Part shown: positions 38,501 to 49,902 of the stretch, piece by piece | How positions within the stretch are numbered: position 1 is the first letter of the stretch | Layout: the number at the start of each line of letters is the position of its first letter | From: Podarcis bocagei | Taxonomy: Eukaryota | Assembly: GCA_964188305.1 (NCBI GenBank) | Contig: OZ076889.1 | Reading direction: 5' to 3' (one strand) | DNA length: 64,000 nucleotides | Made by a program: the position numbers and the translations under genes | Notes under the pieces: model-generated | What the model saw: the letters and a program-made list of their open reading frames with translations, nothing else | Databases searched by the model: none | What the model was told of the DNA's origin: nothing

Positions 38501-41500
38501 CTCTGGCCTTGGCCACTGCTGAGTTTAGCCCCACCCCCTCCCAGTTATCCCTGAAAGGAGTTCTTTGACAGAAAAAAAAGTTTGCCTCCATCTGCCCTGT
38601 ACAGATGTCATTTTTCTTCAGGGTTTGCACCTGTGGGGACAGTTCTCACATTTCTTGGGTGGTGGTCTCATATTATGTGGTAATGGCAAATGTTTTGGTT
38701 GCAGATGATGAAAGCCATGAACAAGTCCAATGAGCATGTTCTAGCAGGTGGGGCATGCTTCAATGACAGGGCAGACTCTCATCTCGTGTGTGTGCAGAAT
38801 GATGATGGGAACTATCAGACACAGGCCATCAGTATTCATAATCAACCGCGGAAGGGTGAGAGTTGCTGACAATGTATTCACCCCCCCCATAAACAGTCTG
38901 CTGTTTGCATTGTTTTCTTGTTCATTGTTTTTTGCTTGTAAGCCCTTTTGATTTTATAAGTGCATGATGAGCAAAGAGCCCTAGTGCCTGAAGGCAGTTA
39001 TGGCCTGAATGAGAGCCACTAAACTGAGACTGAATCTTGATAAGACAAAGGCACTGTTGGTGATGGTTCACAGGTGAGAATTGGGTATATGGCCTATTCT
39101 GAACGAAGCTGCAACCCTTCCCAAAGCAGCAGATTCATAAGCTGAGGGTGCTTCTAGAAGCTCACGAGGCTTCAATGGCAAGAGGTGCCTCAGCCCAGCT
39201 TCTGCTGGTTCATCACGAGGGCAGCCTAGCTGTATGGCCTGGTAACCTCACGCTTAGACTACTGCAGTGTGCTCTATATGGGCCTGCCCTTGGAGATGCA
39301 GTTGGTGAAGAATGTGGCTGCAAAAGTCTTGACAGGTTCATATGTAAGTGATCTTTGACACTGGCTGCCTGGGCCCAATTTAAGGTGCTGGATTTGGTGT
39401 ACAAAGCCATATACAACTTGGGACCTAAGTACTTAAAGGAACAACTATCCCATTATATGCTGACGTTATTCTTTAAGATATGTGAGGGATGTCCTGTTTG
39501 CAGTTGCATGAACAACTGCAGTTGGTTGTATGCTGACAGTGAGCAGGGCCTTAATGGCACACTGGGTGGGGAATTCCTTCCCATAGGAGATACAGTTGTT
39601 ACTCTCATAAACAGTTTTTCCTCTCATTAATAGTTTTATGTTAAGAGATTTTTTCATTCAGGCCTATGGAGATGTCTGATTTAAAGAAGTTGCTTCTCTG
39701 CTGCTGGGTTACTATTTTGCAGTCTCCATGGTTTTAATGTCATAGCTGTAATTTTGAACCTTAATAACATGTGTTATACTGCCCTGAGAAACTATGGGTT
39801 ATAATTAATTTTAATATTAGTATTAATATTAATTGGAGCACTTTGTGCAAACACATTGAATACTATGCAGCTTTTCACTGCTTGTTTCCATTTGCCTCTC
39901 CATTTTAAAAGTCCATTTTTAATCTTTCTTACACTACACACCATGGTGGGATTCATCAGCTATACTGTGATTTAGATCCTGGCTTCTTTGTACTATCACA
40001 GCTTCTGAACTCAGGAGATAAAGGGAAACGCGAATGCTTTCAGTCTCTTCTCCACCTGTGTGGAGGAGGAATGGTATACATAGCTGGGATAGCTCAGTCA
40101 GTAGAGCATGAGACTCTTAATCTTGGGGTTGTGGGTTCGAGCTGCACTTTGGGCAAAAGATGCCTGCATTGCAGGGGGTTGGACTAGATGACCCTCATGG
40201 TCCCTTCCAACTCTACAATTCTGTGATTTGGTGACAGTGTGAAGCTTTTTTGTGGCTTGGTCTTCTCCTGCTAAACAATGCTTTAGTGTTGCATCTGAAA
40301 CAGGCCAATTAATTTGCTTTCTGAACCTTTCTCAGCCAGTAATGATTAGCATTTATTCAGCTGAACTTTACATTCTAGGTATATATGAATGCAGCACTCA
40401 CAAATGAATTGTCTTTTCATCACTATAGGAGATCCCCTTTGCAGAGATACATACTCCTAGTTCACAATTGTGATGTTTACTTGATCTGGTGCTAAAGTCA
40501 AGTAATGATCATCCTGTCACCACTTACGTTAACAGATGGGTGGTAGATTCTGTACCAGCTTCCAAACAGCCTTTGAAGGCAGCTCCATGTAAACATCCTT
40601 GCAATAATCCAATTTATGAAGCTTGAAAGCTTTTGTTCCAGCTGCTTAAACCAGATGCAGCCGATACTGAGCATGGGGGTCCACTGTGGCTTGCTCCTGA
40701 AGTCCTAAGAATACCCACAGATCTCCTTTTTGAAGGAGAGCAAATAACCATTTAAGCTTTTTGACTGGCCAATTGTATGAAATACGTTTTCTGGAGGGAA
40801 TTCTATATAAGACTATGAGTAATCTTGAACACTGCAACGGGGTGAGCTCTCGTTCGGTCCCAGCTTCTGCCCACCTAGCAGTTCGAAAGCCCGTCAAAGT
40901 ACAAGTAGATAAATAGGTACCTCTCTGGTGGGAAGGTAAACGGTGTTTCCGTGCGCTGCTCTGGTTCACCAGAAGCGGCTTAGTCATGCTGGCCACATGA
41001 CCCGGAAGCTGTCTTGGCCTATAGAGCGAGATGAGCATGCAACCCCAGAGGAGTCCACGACTGGACCTAACGGTCAGGGGTACCTTTACCTTTAATCTTG
41101 AACTGGCTGAAAGATGCTGGAAGTAAAATCGCCTTTCACCCACAGCTAGTTGGATTCTGGGCATTGCACTGATTCTGCCTCTGGCTGATTTAAAAAAAAA
41201 AGTTCTATGAATTGCTCACATTATAAAATATCACAGTGGTGCACAGAGAACTTGTATTCTATTTCCTTGCCATTATCTAATGCTTAAATTTTAGTAAGTA
41301 AAGAGGTTTTCATGAAGACAGCACACACCTCTTCATTCTTCAAGGAAAGTCCCCTTGCAGAACCTGTTTGGAACTACTCATTACTCAGGGCTGTGCTGAA
41401 GTAGTAATTTTCCCAGGACATCAAATTTTAAAGCTGTAGGATTACTTTTAGTGATCAGGTGGAAAATGTGGGTTTCTTTTTAATACTTCAACTTGCTAAA

Positions 41501-44500
41501 GTGTTTTACTTGGCTTAGAAAACACTATTGAAAGGAGCTTTCCTCCATCATTGAATATTGGTAGTTGCATACATTTGTTTTACATGGGCTTTGTTTGGAT
41601 TATTGGCTGTTTTGTTGCTGATCTAATTCTGAAACCTGGCTCTTATATAGAGTGTCTTAATTTTAGAATTACTAACACATTACCTTGTTTTTTTACATTT
41701 TAATATAATTATATTTCTCATGTTTTTATCTTACATTGTTTTTAACTCCACATGTAATACTTAATATATTTAATTGTGTTTTATGTGTTTTCTTTTTATC
41801 TTCTCTACTGGTCATTGACTTAAACAAACAAACAAACAATATGAATCTTATTCATGTCTCCCATTTGTTGCAGTGACTGGAGCTAGCTTCTTTGTGTTCA
41901 GTGGAGCTCTAAAGTCTTCTTCGGGCTATCTGGCAAAGTCCAGCATTGTAGAAGGTAAGTTTTGAGTCACCTTTCACCATGTACACTAGTTTCTTCTTGG
42001 TTAAATGTAACAGTGCTTTGGTGGTAGTTAGAACTTACCCTTGTTTACAAAATGTATTGCTATTTTTAAACTAAGTATTGGGTTCTTAGAATCTTAGACC
42101 AAGAGACAAGCTTAAATAAACAAAAAAGAAGAATGTACTGACTCCTGTGCTTATAGTACCAGACGGTGGTGGAAAACTGAATGTGGATAATGTGATTTTA
42201 TTTTTTTTAAGGAGTGAAAATGTCTGTGAGGATTTTAACACTAGAACAGGAATATAGATTATAGATAAGTAGTAGTTATGAAAAAGGCTCTTTTAAAGTT
42301 AATTTGTACTCCTGCTGTCAATACCAATTATATTGTGTATATACAATTTCTGTAAACTGCTTTTTTCTTATGAAATGGCAATATAGAAGTAATTTAAAAC
42401 AAATAAATAATGAAATAAACACCTGATGTTTCAGCTTAGGCTAATTTTGTATAATGTGCTGCACAATGTAGCACACAGGGTACATCCTGGAATGTTTTCT
42501 TTTGGAGGGTGTGTGTGTGTTGGAGATTGGGATTGTGCTGTCCTATCCAGGCTTTGATTCCATTTTAATACCAAGGCCTCATCTATATAATTTTATGCCT
42601 TGATTTTTGTAGTGGATGGATTGTGCGGGCTGCACTGTCTACATATAAACCCCTAGGCAAATCTGCAATCCAGGGCTCAGGATTCCACCCACCTCCTATT
42701 AGCAAGTGTATGTTCAAAAGTTTGGTTTAGGACTTGGATGTTTGCAGCATGAATCCACCGTACATTTGTTCTCTGGTTAAGAATACAGCTGTGGGCTGTT
42801 GTCCTGATTATGTCTTGTCCTACCTAGATGGAGTCATGGTCCAGATAACGGCTGAAAATATGGACTCCCTAAGGCAGGCTCTGAGGGAGATGAAAGACTT
42901 CACTATTGCCTGTGGTAAAGTGGATGCTGAAGAGCCTCAAGAACATGTGCACATTCAGTGGGTGGATGATGACAAAAACTTCAACAAGGGGTAAATATAG
43001 GAGTATTTTCTTGATATTAAATGAGCTTGTTTGGTTTTATATGCTTTCTTGGTAAGGAAAAGATGGCACATTCATCTGCCTGTTTGCATGGAGTGCATGT
43101 TCATATTCCAGGAGGTGATATTCTTAAGGGGTATGAGCTAGCACCTTCAAATTAATTAGCAGAGGGTGTTGGCTGATCTGACTCCACAGAGGTGTTTTTT
43201 ATTTTAAAAAAGCCTGATGCTAAGGCCAGATGTCTCACGAATTAATTTATCATATGTATATCTTGCTCTACAGCATCACCTGAACACTTGTTAACGTTAT
43301 AGGAACCAAGCTACCCCTTACAACTTGCATGAGAGATTAAAGCATGTACTACATGAGTATCTTTGGTATTTGAAATTTGTGTATGCACCATTTTTTGAGA
43401 TGAATGCACAGGCATTGCGTCGACACACTGAGGGAAATCGCAGCAGCTGGTGCTTTCTGTCAGCATGTGTGTGAATGTGCAAGGAGGAGACATATCCTTT
43501 GTTGTCTTAAAATAATTGCTGTAAAGAAATAGATAAGGTATGTTGAACCACCGACGTAAGATAGGTGCACGGGATGTTAACAGCTCTAACTGCATTTTAT
43601 GCTTCCACATATGGTGGCAATTACTTTTCAGTTGCAGGGGTTAACACACTGTTTGTTGTGTTAACTGTGTTACAGTTATTATGCTTTCCTAGACTGTCTT
43701 CATGCTTTTCTGTGTAATGCAGTAGTAGAATGTGCTACATCCCCCCGCTGCAGGGACATTACTTCAAAGAGGCATTTATTCAGGATGCTGCCGTTGTAGT
43801 AGTATTCCAGATGACTTCCTGGGGTGTTCTGTGGTTTCACACAGACAATTATTTTTGTAGGTTGATGGGAGCAGCTTCCTGTTTACCTTTACAGTGGCAT
43901 TAGCCTTAATCTTGCTTCAGTAGCTTGATGATTACCAAAACGAAAAAGGGAAGAGCTTTGCTACCGTGTGAAAAAGACTTCTGCATTAAAAAAACACTAA
44001 ATGTTTACACTAAATAGTGGGGAACCTTAGGTCTGGGGGCAGAATATAGCCCTCCAGACCCCTTGTATCATCCTCCCACCCCATCCTCCCTGCTCCATGT
44101 ATTCTTTGAGTGTTTTTGTCTGGCTTGAATGTGTCCTTGAATTGTTATGTCTTTCGTTTGCCTGCATTGAGAGATGTTAAGGGGAAAGGGTGTAGAAACC
44201 TTTCACATTTGTGCAGTAAGTTACATTCCAGTTGCTCCTAAAGGTAAGACTCATCTCCTGCCCCACCCACCACTGACACGCCTCTCACGAGAAAATGCAG
44301 TTGTCTGGTTGGAAAAAGTTCTGTGCCCTCGCAGCCATACATTGTCCAAAGTGTTGAAATGTTAGGGTATTTGTATGGGGACAAAGACAGCTTTGAACTG
44401 TGTTTTTCTTTTTAAAAGGTTTCATAAGTATTCAGATGGTTATCTATTTACTGTATAGAGATGGGACCTTAGAAGTAATTTAGTCCAACTCCCTGGCAGC

Positions 44501-47234
44501 ATCCCTGCGAGTACACCATTAAGCTCTGCTTCAGTACCATACACATGCTTTGCAACTGTACCGATCATATTTCTGGCTTTGGCTTTTCTGTGGTACAACT
44601 GGAAGCACCGTTAACATGTGCAAAATTGATTTGACCAGAAATGGTGGTAACAAAAACATGTATACAGAAGGCTCTCTCATACTACTTTGTGTGTCTGCAC
44701 ACAGTCCATTTAACTGCTTGTGGTGTTCTATTGCAATCTCCCCAATGTATATGAAATTGTCTTGATGAAGGGACTTATTTTTCTGCATAGTCTTCTGATC
44801 TGGGTCTGTATTCTTAAATTCTGCTAACAAAAGTTTCTTACTTCCTCCTTTCTAGTGTTGTAAGTCCCATTGATGGAAAATCAATGGAGTCTATCACAAG
44901 CGTGAAAATATTCCATGGCTCAGAGTATAAAGCAAATGGGAAGGTCATTAGGTGGACAGAGGTGAGGAAGCAAAACTGTTTTTGTATGTTAATGCAGAAG
45001 TATTGCTTGATTTGGGGTGGGGGGGGGAGCCATGTTAGCCCTCACCAAATACTCTGGTTGAATGCAAATGTGTTCCTTTTTATATAGCCCAGGCTGAGAC
45101 TCATTGTGTGGGTTCTACTATACATGTCCTTGAATATAGCCTTGGCACTTAGCTCTGAAGGATATACAGTGGTGCCTCGCAAAACGAAATGAATTCGTTC
45201 CGCAAGTCTCTTCGTCTTGCGAGTTTTTCATCTTGCGATGCACGGTTTCCCATAGGAATGCATTGAAAATCAATTAATGCGTTCCTAGGGAAACTGCCTT
45301 CAGACCAGGTCCGGGGACAGTCTGTCCCCGGACCTCTTCTGAAGGCTGGGGGGGACGGACAAGGGCTTTTCTTCTCACCCCCAGCATTTTAAAAAACCCC
45401 GGGACAGCGGAGGACTTCTCCGCTGTCCGGGCAATCTTAAAATGCTGGCGGGCGGCATTTTAAAATCGCCCCGGGACAGCGGAGGACTTCTCCGCTGTCC
45501 GGGGCGATTTAAAAGCCCCTGGGAAGGCAGGCAGGGGGGACAAAGACTTTTGCCCCCCCCGCCAGCCTTCAGAAGGTGTTCCCGCCCCCCCCCCGCCCCG
45601 CTTCGGAGCACCGGGAGAAGCGGGGCGGTGGGGGGTGTTCCCACCCCCCCGCCCCGCTTCGGAGCACCGGGAGAAGCGATCTCCCCGCAGCCCCTTGCTT
45701 CAAAAGAGGTCCGGGGGCAGCGGGAAGCGCTTCCCGCTGTCCCCGGACCTGGGGCTGCGGGGAGAAGATCGCTTCTCCCCGCCGCCCCTTGCTTCAAAAG
45801 AGAAGACCCGCTGTCCCCGGGGCAAGCTTTGTTTTGCGAAGCAAGCCCATAGGGAAATTCGTCTTGCGAGGCAACTCGAAAACGAAAAAACCTTTCATTT
45901 TGCGAGTTTTTCGTCTCGTGAGGCGTTCGTCTTGCGGGGTACCACTGTATAGTACACTACTGTATAGAAGGTATCCTAGAAAAGACTCCTGATACATTTA
46001 TTGGCAGTCCATCTACCCTAATTATTCTGGCTATTTCTTTCATACTGATGGGATGAGCAGAAACCTGAGGCTGAGTTTTTATTTGTTAAAATGTAACAGA
46101 CTTGTAGATTTAATTATCAAGGAGATCTTAAATACTCCGCAGAGATAAAATTCACAGTGATATAAGGACATCTGCCCACCACCATGTTCTATTGGAAAAT
46201 GCCCAAATGTTTTCTTCATTGGTTTGGTGCCCTTCTAGGTCTAACTACTTTCCCTCAATTGCCGAAATCCCTGCCATTAACTGGAGTAGAAAGCTTGCCC
46301 TTGTCACAGTGATCTTGAGTTACAAGAATAGGACGTTATAGTACAGAAATTTAGAGACTGGAAAAATTATGTTTTCTTCAGGTTTTCTTTCTGGAAAATG
46401 ATGACCAACACAATGGCCTAAGTGACCCTGCTGACCACAGCAGGCTGACTGAGAATGTGGCCAAGGCTTTCTGCCTGGCCTTGTGCCCTCACCTGAAGCT
46501 TTTGAAGGAAGACGGGATGACCAAGCTGGGTTTACGTGTTACGCTTGATGCTGATCAAGTAAGTGAACACATCTTGTGGGGAAAATTCTCTCCACATCTT
46601 TGGCATTGGTAATTAAATAAGCTGGAATCTATTTTGGGGGTGGGGGAGATATGCTTTTTTACAGAATTGCTGCGACCCTAATGTGAAAACATGCAGATTG
46701 AGGTTACTGTACTATTCATTCCTTGAAAATGATTCTTCTTATTCAGTTGTTAGGTGACACAAGCTCTTCCTGGACCTCACTTCCACTTTTTGAACTGGAA
46801 AGGACCTCCTTTTGCACTTGTTTTTATGTCTGTTGTATTTCAGAAAGCTGAAAAAAACTTCTGAGGGTGATTATTTGAAAAGCTCCAGGTTCAAGCCTAT
46901 TGTGGATTATGTTTCATGTAATCTTGAAGGGTTGCTTCAAGATCACAGGGTGGGCCTGCTTACCTGCATTCTTCCATGGATAAAATTTTAGAACCTCTTC
47001 CGTCATGCTAAGGGATTGCTTTAGTCTCTAGTTTCAAAACAAAATAATATTTTCTCTTTACTTACTTTTTAGGTTGGCTACCAGGCTGGGAGCAATGGGC
47101 AGCCACTGCCTGCTCAGTACATGAATGACCTGGACAGTGCCTTAGTTCCAGTGATTCATGGAGGGGCATGCCAGCTGAGTGAGGGCCCAGTCATAATGGA
47201 GCTTATTTTTTATATTCTGGAAAACATCTCATAA
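14497..47234 (+). CDS. ZFYVE9: Zinc finger FYVE domain-containing protein 9 (SARA, Smad anchor for receptor activation), spliced CDS of 17 exons, 1416 aa
   Basis: Exons join in frame to 4251 nt; N-terminus [28 protein letters not shown] signature [39 protein letters not shown] motif, C-terminus [12 protein letters not shown]. Confidence 0.97.
15103..15453 (+). mobile_element. Sauria SINE, near full length
   Basis: gtggtgctgtgggttaaaccacagagcctaggacttgctgatcagaaggtcggcgattcgaatccc ... gactggacctaatggtcaggggtccctttacc. Confidence 0.9.
16300..16560 (-). mobile_element. Decayed CR1-like LINE 3' fragment
   Basis: Resembles the repeat at 3245-3460 and the antisense CR1 3' end (tctaatcccatttttaaagccatc); family call is by recognition only. 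Confidence 0.45.
19096..19366. mobile_element. Tc1/mariner-type MITE
   Basis: TA flanks; TIRs gcgtattgacccgaatataagcc / ggcttatattcaggccaatacag. Confidence 0.8.
19474..21551 (+). CDS. ZFYVE9: ZFYVE9 large exon (2078 nt): low-complexity N-terminal region and first half of FYVE finger
   Basis: Corresponds to the 697-aa ORF; ttttcag|AT acceptor, AAG|GTATGT donor; ends [34 protein letters not shown]. Confidence 0.97.
24981..25080 (+). CDS. ZFYVE9: ZFYVE9 exon, second half of FYVE finger
   Basis: [33 protein letters not shown]; AG/GT flanks. Confidence 0.95.
25948..26110 (-). mobile_element. Decayed tRNA-derived squamate SINE (Squam3-like)
   Basis: cataggaagctgc..gtcagac..ggtccatc ... ggagatggcagtgattgaacctggaaccttctgc (antisense tRNA B-box region); related fragments near 4146-4260 and 55608-55730. 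Confidence 0.55.
27405..27581 (+). CDS. ZFYVE9: ZFYVE9 exon, Smad-binding domain
   Basis: [59 protein letters not shown]. Confidence 0.95.
27640..27900 (+). mobile_element. L2/CR1-clade LINE reverse-transcriptase fragment
   Basis: NYQPV(A)/[51 protein letters not shown], the typical RT N-terminal segment, with a frameshift. Confidence 0.85.
28890..29059 (+). CDS. ZFYVE9: ZFYVE9 exon with PP1-binding RVxF motif
   Basis: [28 protein letters not shown]...SPVE; AG/GT flanks. Confidence 0.95.
29264..29387 (+). CDS. ZFYVE9: ZFYVE9 exon
   Basis: [41 protein letters not shown]. Confidence 0.93.
31133..31255 (+). CDS. ZFYVE9: ZFYVE9 exon
   Basis: [41 protein letters not shown]. Confidence 0.95.
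31644..31977 (+). mobile_element. Sauria SINE with internal deletion in tRNA-related head
   Basis: Perfect 13-bp TSD tatggtgtaattc (31631-31643, 31978-31990); (ACCTTT)n tail. Confidence 0.92.
32761..33019. mobile_element. Tigger/pogo-type MITE
   Basis: TA flanks; TIRs tcgtggtacctcgtgtt / aatacgaggtatgactg. Confidence 0.75.
33071..33226 (+). CDS. ZFYVE9: ZFYVE9 exon
   Basis: [52 protein letters not shown]. Confidence 0.95.
35263..35487 (+). CDS. ZFYVE9: ZFYVE9 exon
   Basis: [30 protein letters not shown]...[18 protein letters not shown]. Confidence 0.95.
36585..36667 (+). CDS. ZFYVE9: ZFYVE9 exon
   Basis: [28 protein letters not shown]. Confidence 0.95.
37850..37954 (+). CDS. ZFYVE9: ZFYVE9 exon
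   Basis: [35 protein letters not shown]. Confidence 0.95.
38705..38855 (+). CDS. ZFYVE9: ZFYVE9 exon
   Basis: [50 protein letters not shown]. Confidence 0.95.
38985..39670 (+). mobile_element. Decayed L2 LINE fragment
   Basis: Remnant peptides [11 protein letters not shown] and [23 protein letters not shown]. Confidence 0.7.
40083..40228 (+). mobile_element. tRNA-Lys(CTT)-derived SINE with CR1-like 3' tail
   Basis: tagctcagtcagtagagcatgagactcttaatcttggggttgtgggttcga head fused to gggttggactagatgaccctc..tcccttccaactctacaattctgtgatt tail. Confidence 0.8.
40831..41092 (+). mobile_element. Sauria SINE, 5'-truncated
   Basis: 11-bp TSD taatcttgaac (40820-40830, 41093-41103); (ACCTTT)n tail. Confidence 0.9.
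41874..41954 (+). CDS. ZFYVE9: ZFYVE9 exon
   Basis: [27 protein letters not shown]. Confidence 0.95.
42828..42990 (+). CDS. ZFYVE9: ZFYVE9 exon
   Basis: [55 protein letters not shown]. Confidence 0.95.
44856..44961 (+). CDS. ZFYVE9: ZFYVE9 exon
   Basis: [35 protein letters not shown]. Confidence 0.95.
45167..45947. mobile_element. Tigger/pogo-type non-autonomous DNA transposon (781 bp) with GC-rich repetitive core
   Basis: TA TSD; TIRs cagtggtgcctcgcaaaacgaa / ttcgtcttgcggggtaccactg. Confidence 0.88.
46382..46558 (+). CDS. ZFYVE9: ZFYVE9 exon
   Basis: [59 protein letters not shown]. Confidence 0.95.
47073..47234 (+). CDS. ZFYVE9: ZFYVE9 last coding exon
   Basis: [56 protein letters not shown]. 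Confidence 0.95.
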   Translation, partial: VGYQAGSNGQPLPAQYMNDLDSALVPVIHGGACQLSEGPVIMELIFYILENIS

Positions 47235-49445
47235 GGACTTCATTTTCTGTTCAGACCTGTTCCAGCAGCAGCTGTATCTGAATCATTTGCACTTTAAAAC
47301 TGGAAAAATTAAGCTTTTGTTAACACTATTATGAGGGGGTGGGTGCGTGATTGAGAACAGTTGTTCCATAATTCTGAATCGTCTATGCATTTGTCAACAA
47401 ACAGGATCAGGGCAGCTTCTAATACTACAAAATGGCTATGCTATCTTTGCAGCTAATACACTTCTGTTACGGATTAGAAACAAACAATGGTCATGTTTTA
47501 AGACAATTGCAGTCATGTGTTCAATGCTCAAACGGGTGCAGAGATCACTGGGGAGTAAATAAAAGGAAAGGAAATGTAAACATTTCTGATGTTTGTAGAT
47601 GAACTTATTATGAAGACCTCCATTCTGACCTCACTATACTGCCGCTTATGGTTAATTTCTCTAGACATTGAAATTATCGTTTACATTATCTTGACCAGAT
47701 TATTGGTTGAAGTACCTCCAAGACATGTCGGAATATTCTATAGAGATGTACAGAGAAAGAAAGCAGCATGACTGAGGGTACCTTCTACGTCTGTCCCAAG
47801 CAAAGCAGAATCTCTCTAGAAGCTGTATGTAAATTACGCTTGCAGTTTTGTGTGTATAAATAGGATAGTTTAACTTTATTTTTCTTTATTTGTGATAAAA
47901 CCGTGCCCTAAGCCTGATGACATAGCAAAAATCTGCCCTCGTAAGTTTTGAGAGAGCCTGTCGCAGGCGTGAGAATTGTTAGGCTTAAAAAAAATAAGTT
48001 ACCATGGAAATTTGTTCTTTTTGTAGTTGGCCCTGGGTTTTTTTTTTAGGTAACTTTTTATTTTCCCATTTGGTGTGCATTTATCCCCACCATTAAGCCT
48101 GCACTTATCTAACACTTTATAGTAGCAGCACTCTGTAAAGCTAGCCTGTGAAAACTGTAATAGTTTGGCTGCTGTTGCATGTTTTGCTTTCACTTCAGGC
48201 TGAGAAGTTTGCACTCTGTCTCACCTAAGACGGCACTTATGAGAAGAACGGCTTGAGCCCTCTCACTGCAGCGTACAAAGCCGGCAATGAGAGTAAGCAA
48301 AAGAACACGAGCACGTTCCTATTAAATCCGATTTCTATCCCTGAGCAACTGATAGCCCTGTGGAAAGAGCTGTGTCCACATAAGAGATAAAGCAAACCTA
48401 AGCTTCAACAAGACACAGGCTGCTGTTATTCAAGGCTGGCCACACACCCCCATGGGTAAGAGTCTCTGGCCTTTTAAAGAGCAATCTAAAATTGGAGCAG
48501 CATGGGCAAAATGGTGAGCATTCAAGGGTAAGGTGGGGACAGCAGTTGCTCCAAGCCTGTCAAGAAATTATTTTTTAAAAGCAAACATATAGCAGTGAGA
48601 GCTGTAATAGTTAACTTTCCTCTGTGGGTAGGAAATCATAGTTGAGCCAGGTGCTACTGCTTGCCTAAGATTAGTAATAACAAAAAAGCCCTTCTAGTAC
48701 AACCTATGTAAACTGCAACTAGAACATAAGGAAGACAAGGCATTAGAACTAGACCCCAAATTAAATGGCTGGAGAAATTAACCCCAGCTGAATACAAACA
48801 CTTCTACTGAATTTATTAATGGTGGGCCATATGCTATGAAGACAGTTAAATTCTTAGCCCATGCTGAACCTGAAAAGAACTCAGGTGCTCAATATTCTGC
48901 CCTGGGAGACAGGGTGGGCATAAAGAGGCTCCTTTGCAGAAGGGCCTTACATTTCCTGCTCTTTCTTTTCCTTGCATATAAAAAGTTGCTTTTAAATTTT
49001 ACTTCCTTCTGTGACAACGTTCAATTTTACAGATGGAAGCTCAACTCTATTTAGATTTTACATGGCTGCAGTAGATTCCTACTCCAAGAGATGGCATTCC
49101 AATTTCACCACAGAAGCAGCTTTTTCAATAACTTTGTTTTGCTATTAAACTTACTGATAGAGGGAAAATACTGACTTTTCCTTCCTCCTTTCCCCCCTGC
49201 AGAAAACCATTTGTTTGGGTTATGTTTGTGCAAAATGCTATTGACTGACTGGTTTGCTTCAACCATAGCCTTTAAAATGACCTTAAAATTTACCATATTG
49301 TTAAGAAATGAGTACTTGTTTAAAGAGAAAAATGTACTTTTAAAATTCAGTTACACTGCAAAAGACTGCATATTATATTTTTATTTTCAACATGTAGTTT
49401 TGTATATTAAATTTATTAAAATTAAAAACTGAATATTGTATTGTC
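47235..49445 (+). other. ZFYVE9: ZFYVE9 3'UTR (end approximate)
   Basis: Repeat-poor stretch after the stop; AATAAA at 47558-47563 and clustered ATTAAA at 49406-49426 followed by a TG/T-rich tract. Confidence 0.6.
49406..49426 (+). terminator. Candidate distal poly(A) signal cluster of ZFYVE9 (3x ATTAAA)
   Basis: tgtatATTAAAtttATTAAAATTAAAaactgaatattgtattgtct. Confidence 0.55.
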
Positions 49446-49902
49446 TCTATCCACTTAAGATAAACTCTGCCTGGTTGGCAGACTTAGTTCTATATTCAGG
49501 TACACACCTAGGTTTAACATTCTAGAAAACAGGCAACTCTTTCTTTTGTCAAATTACTGTTTCAACTTACACCCAAATGCTGTGCTTCTCAAAATCCTTA
49601 AGCAGTAAAAAGTTTAATTCTTCCTCTCCACTGAAAAAGAACACAAGAACATGGGCAGATTGAGGAAAACAGCTTAATAATAAATCAGCTACTAGCCATC
49701 TTAATATGGTATGGGCCTTTCCAAAAGGCTCGTGATAATGTTGCTTTAGAGCAAGGTTATGGGTAAACTTGCAGAGAAGGGGGGGGGGGGAGGAATGCAG
49801 TGATGGCTTAAAAAAAAAATTCGTTGCAGGCAATGTCAAATGCATATTCATGCTGCTGTTAACAGTAATATGCTTAACCTAATGCTGTGTGCAAGAATAG
49901 AA

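Noticed and set aside
40083-40155. tRNA-Lys(CTT) gene
   Set aside because: Acceptor and T stems are degraded and it is fused to a CR1-type tail with other copies in the window, so it is a SINE
45296-45800. Repeated palindromic units resembling a CRISPR-like array
   Set aside because: No constant repeat/unique spacer periodicity, eukaryotic intron context, enclosed by transposon TIRs, no cas genes
45375-45997. Overlapping 67-140 aa ORFs
   Set aside because: They lie within the GC-rich non-autonomous transposon and show no transposase (DDE/HTH) motifs
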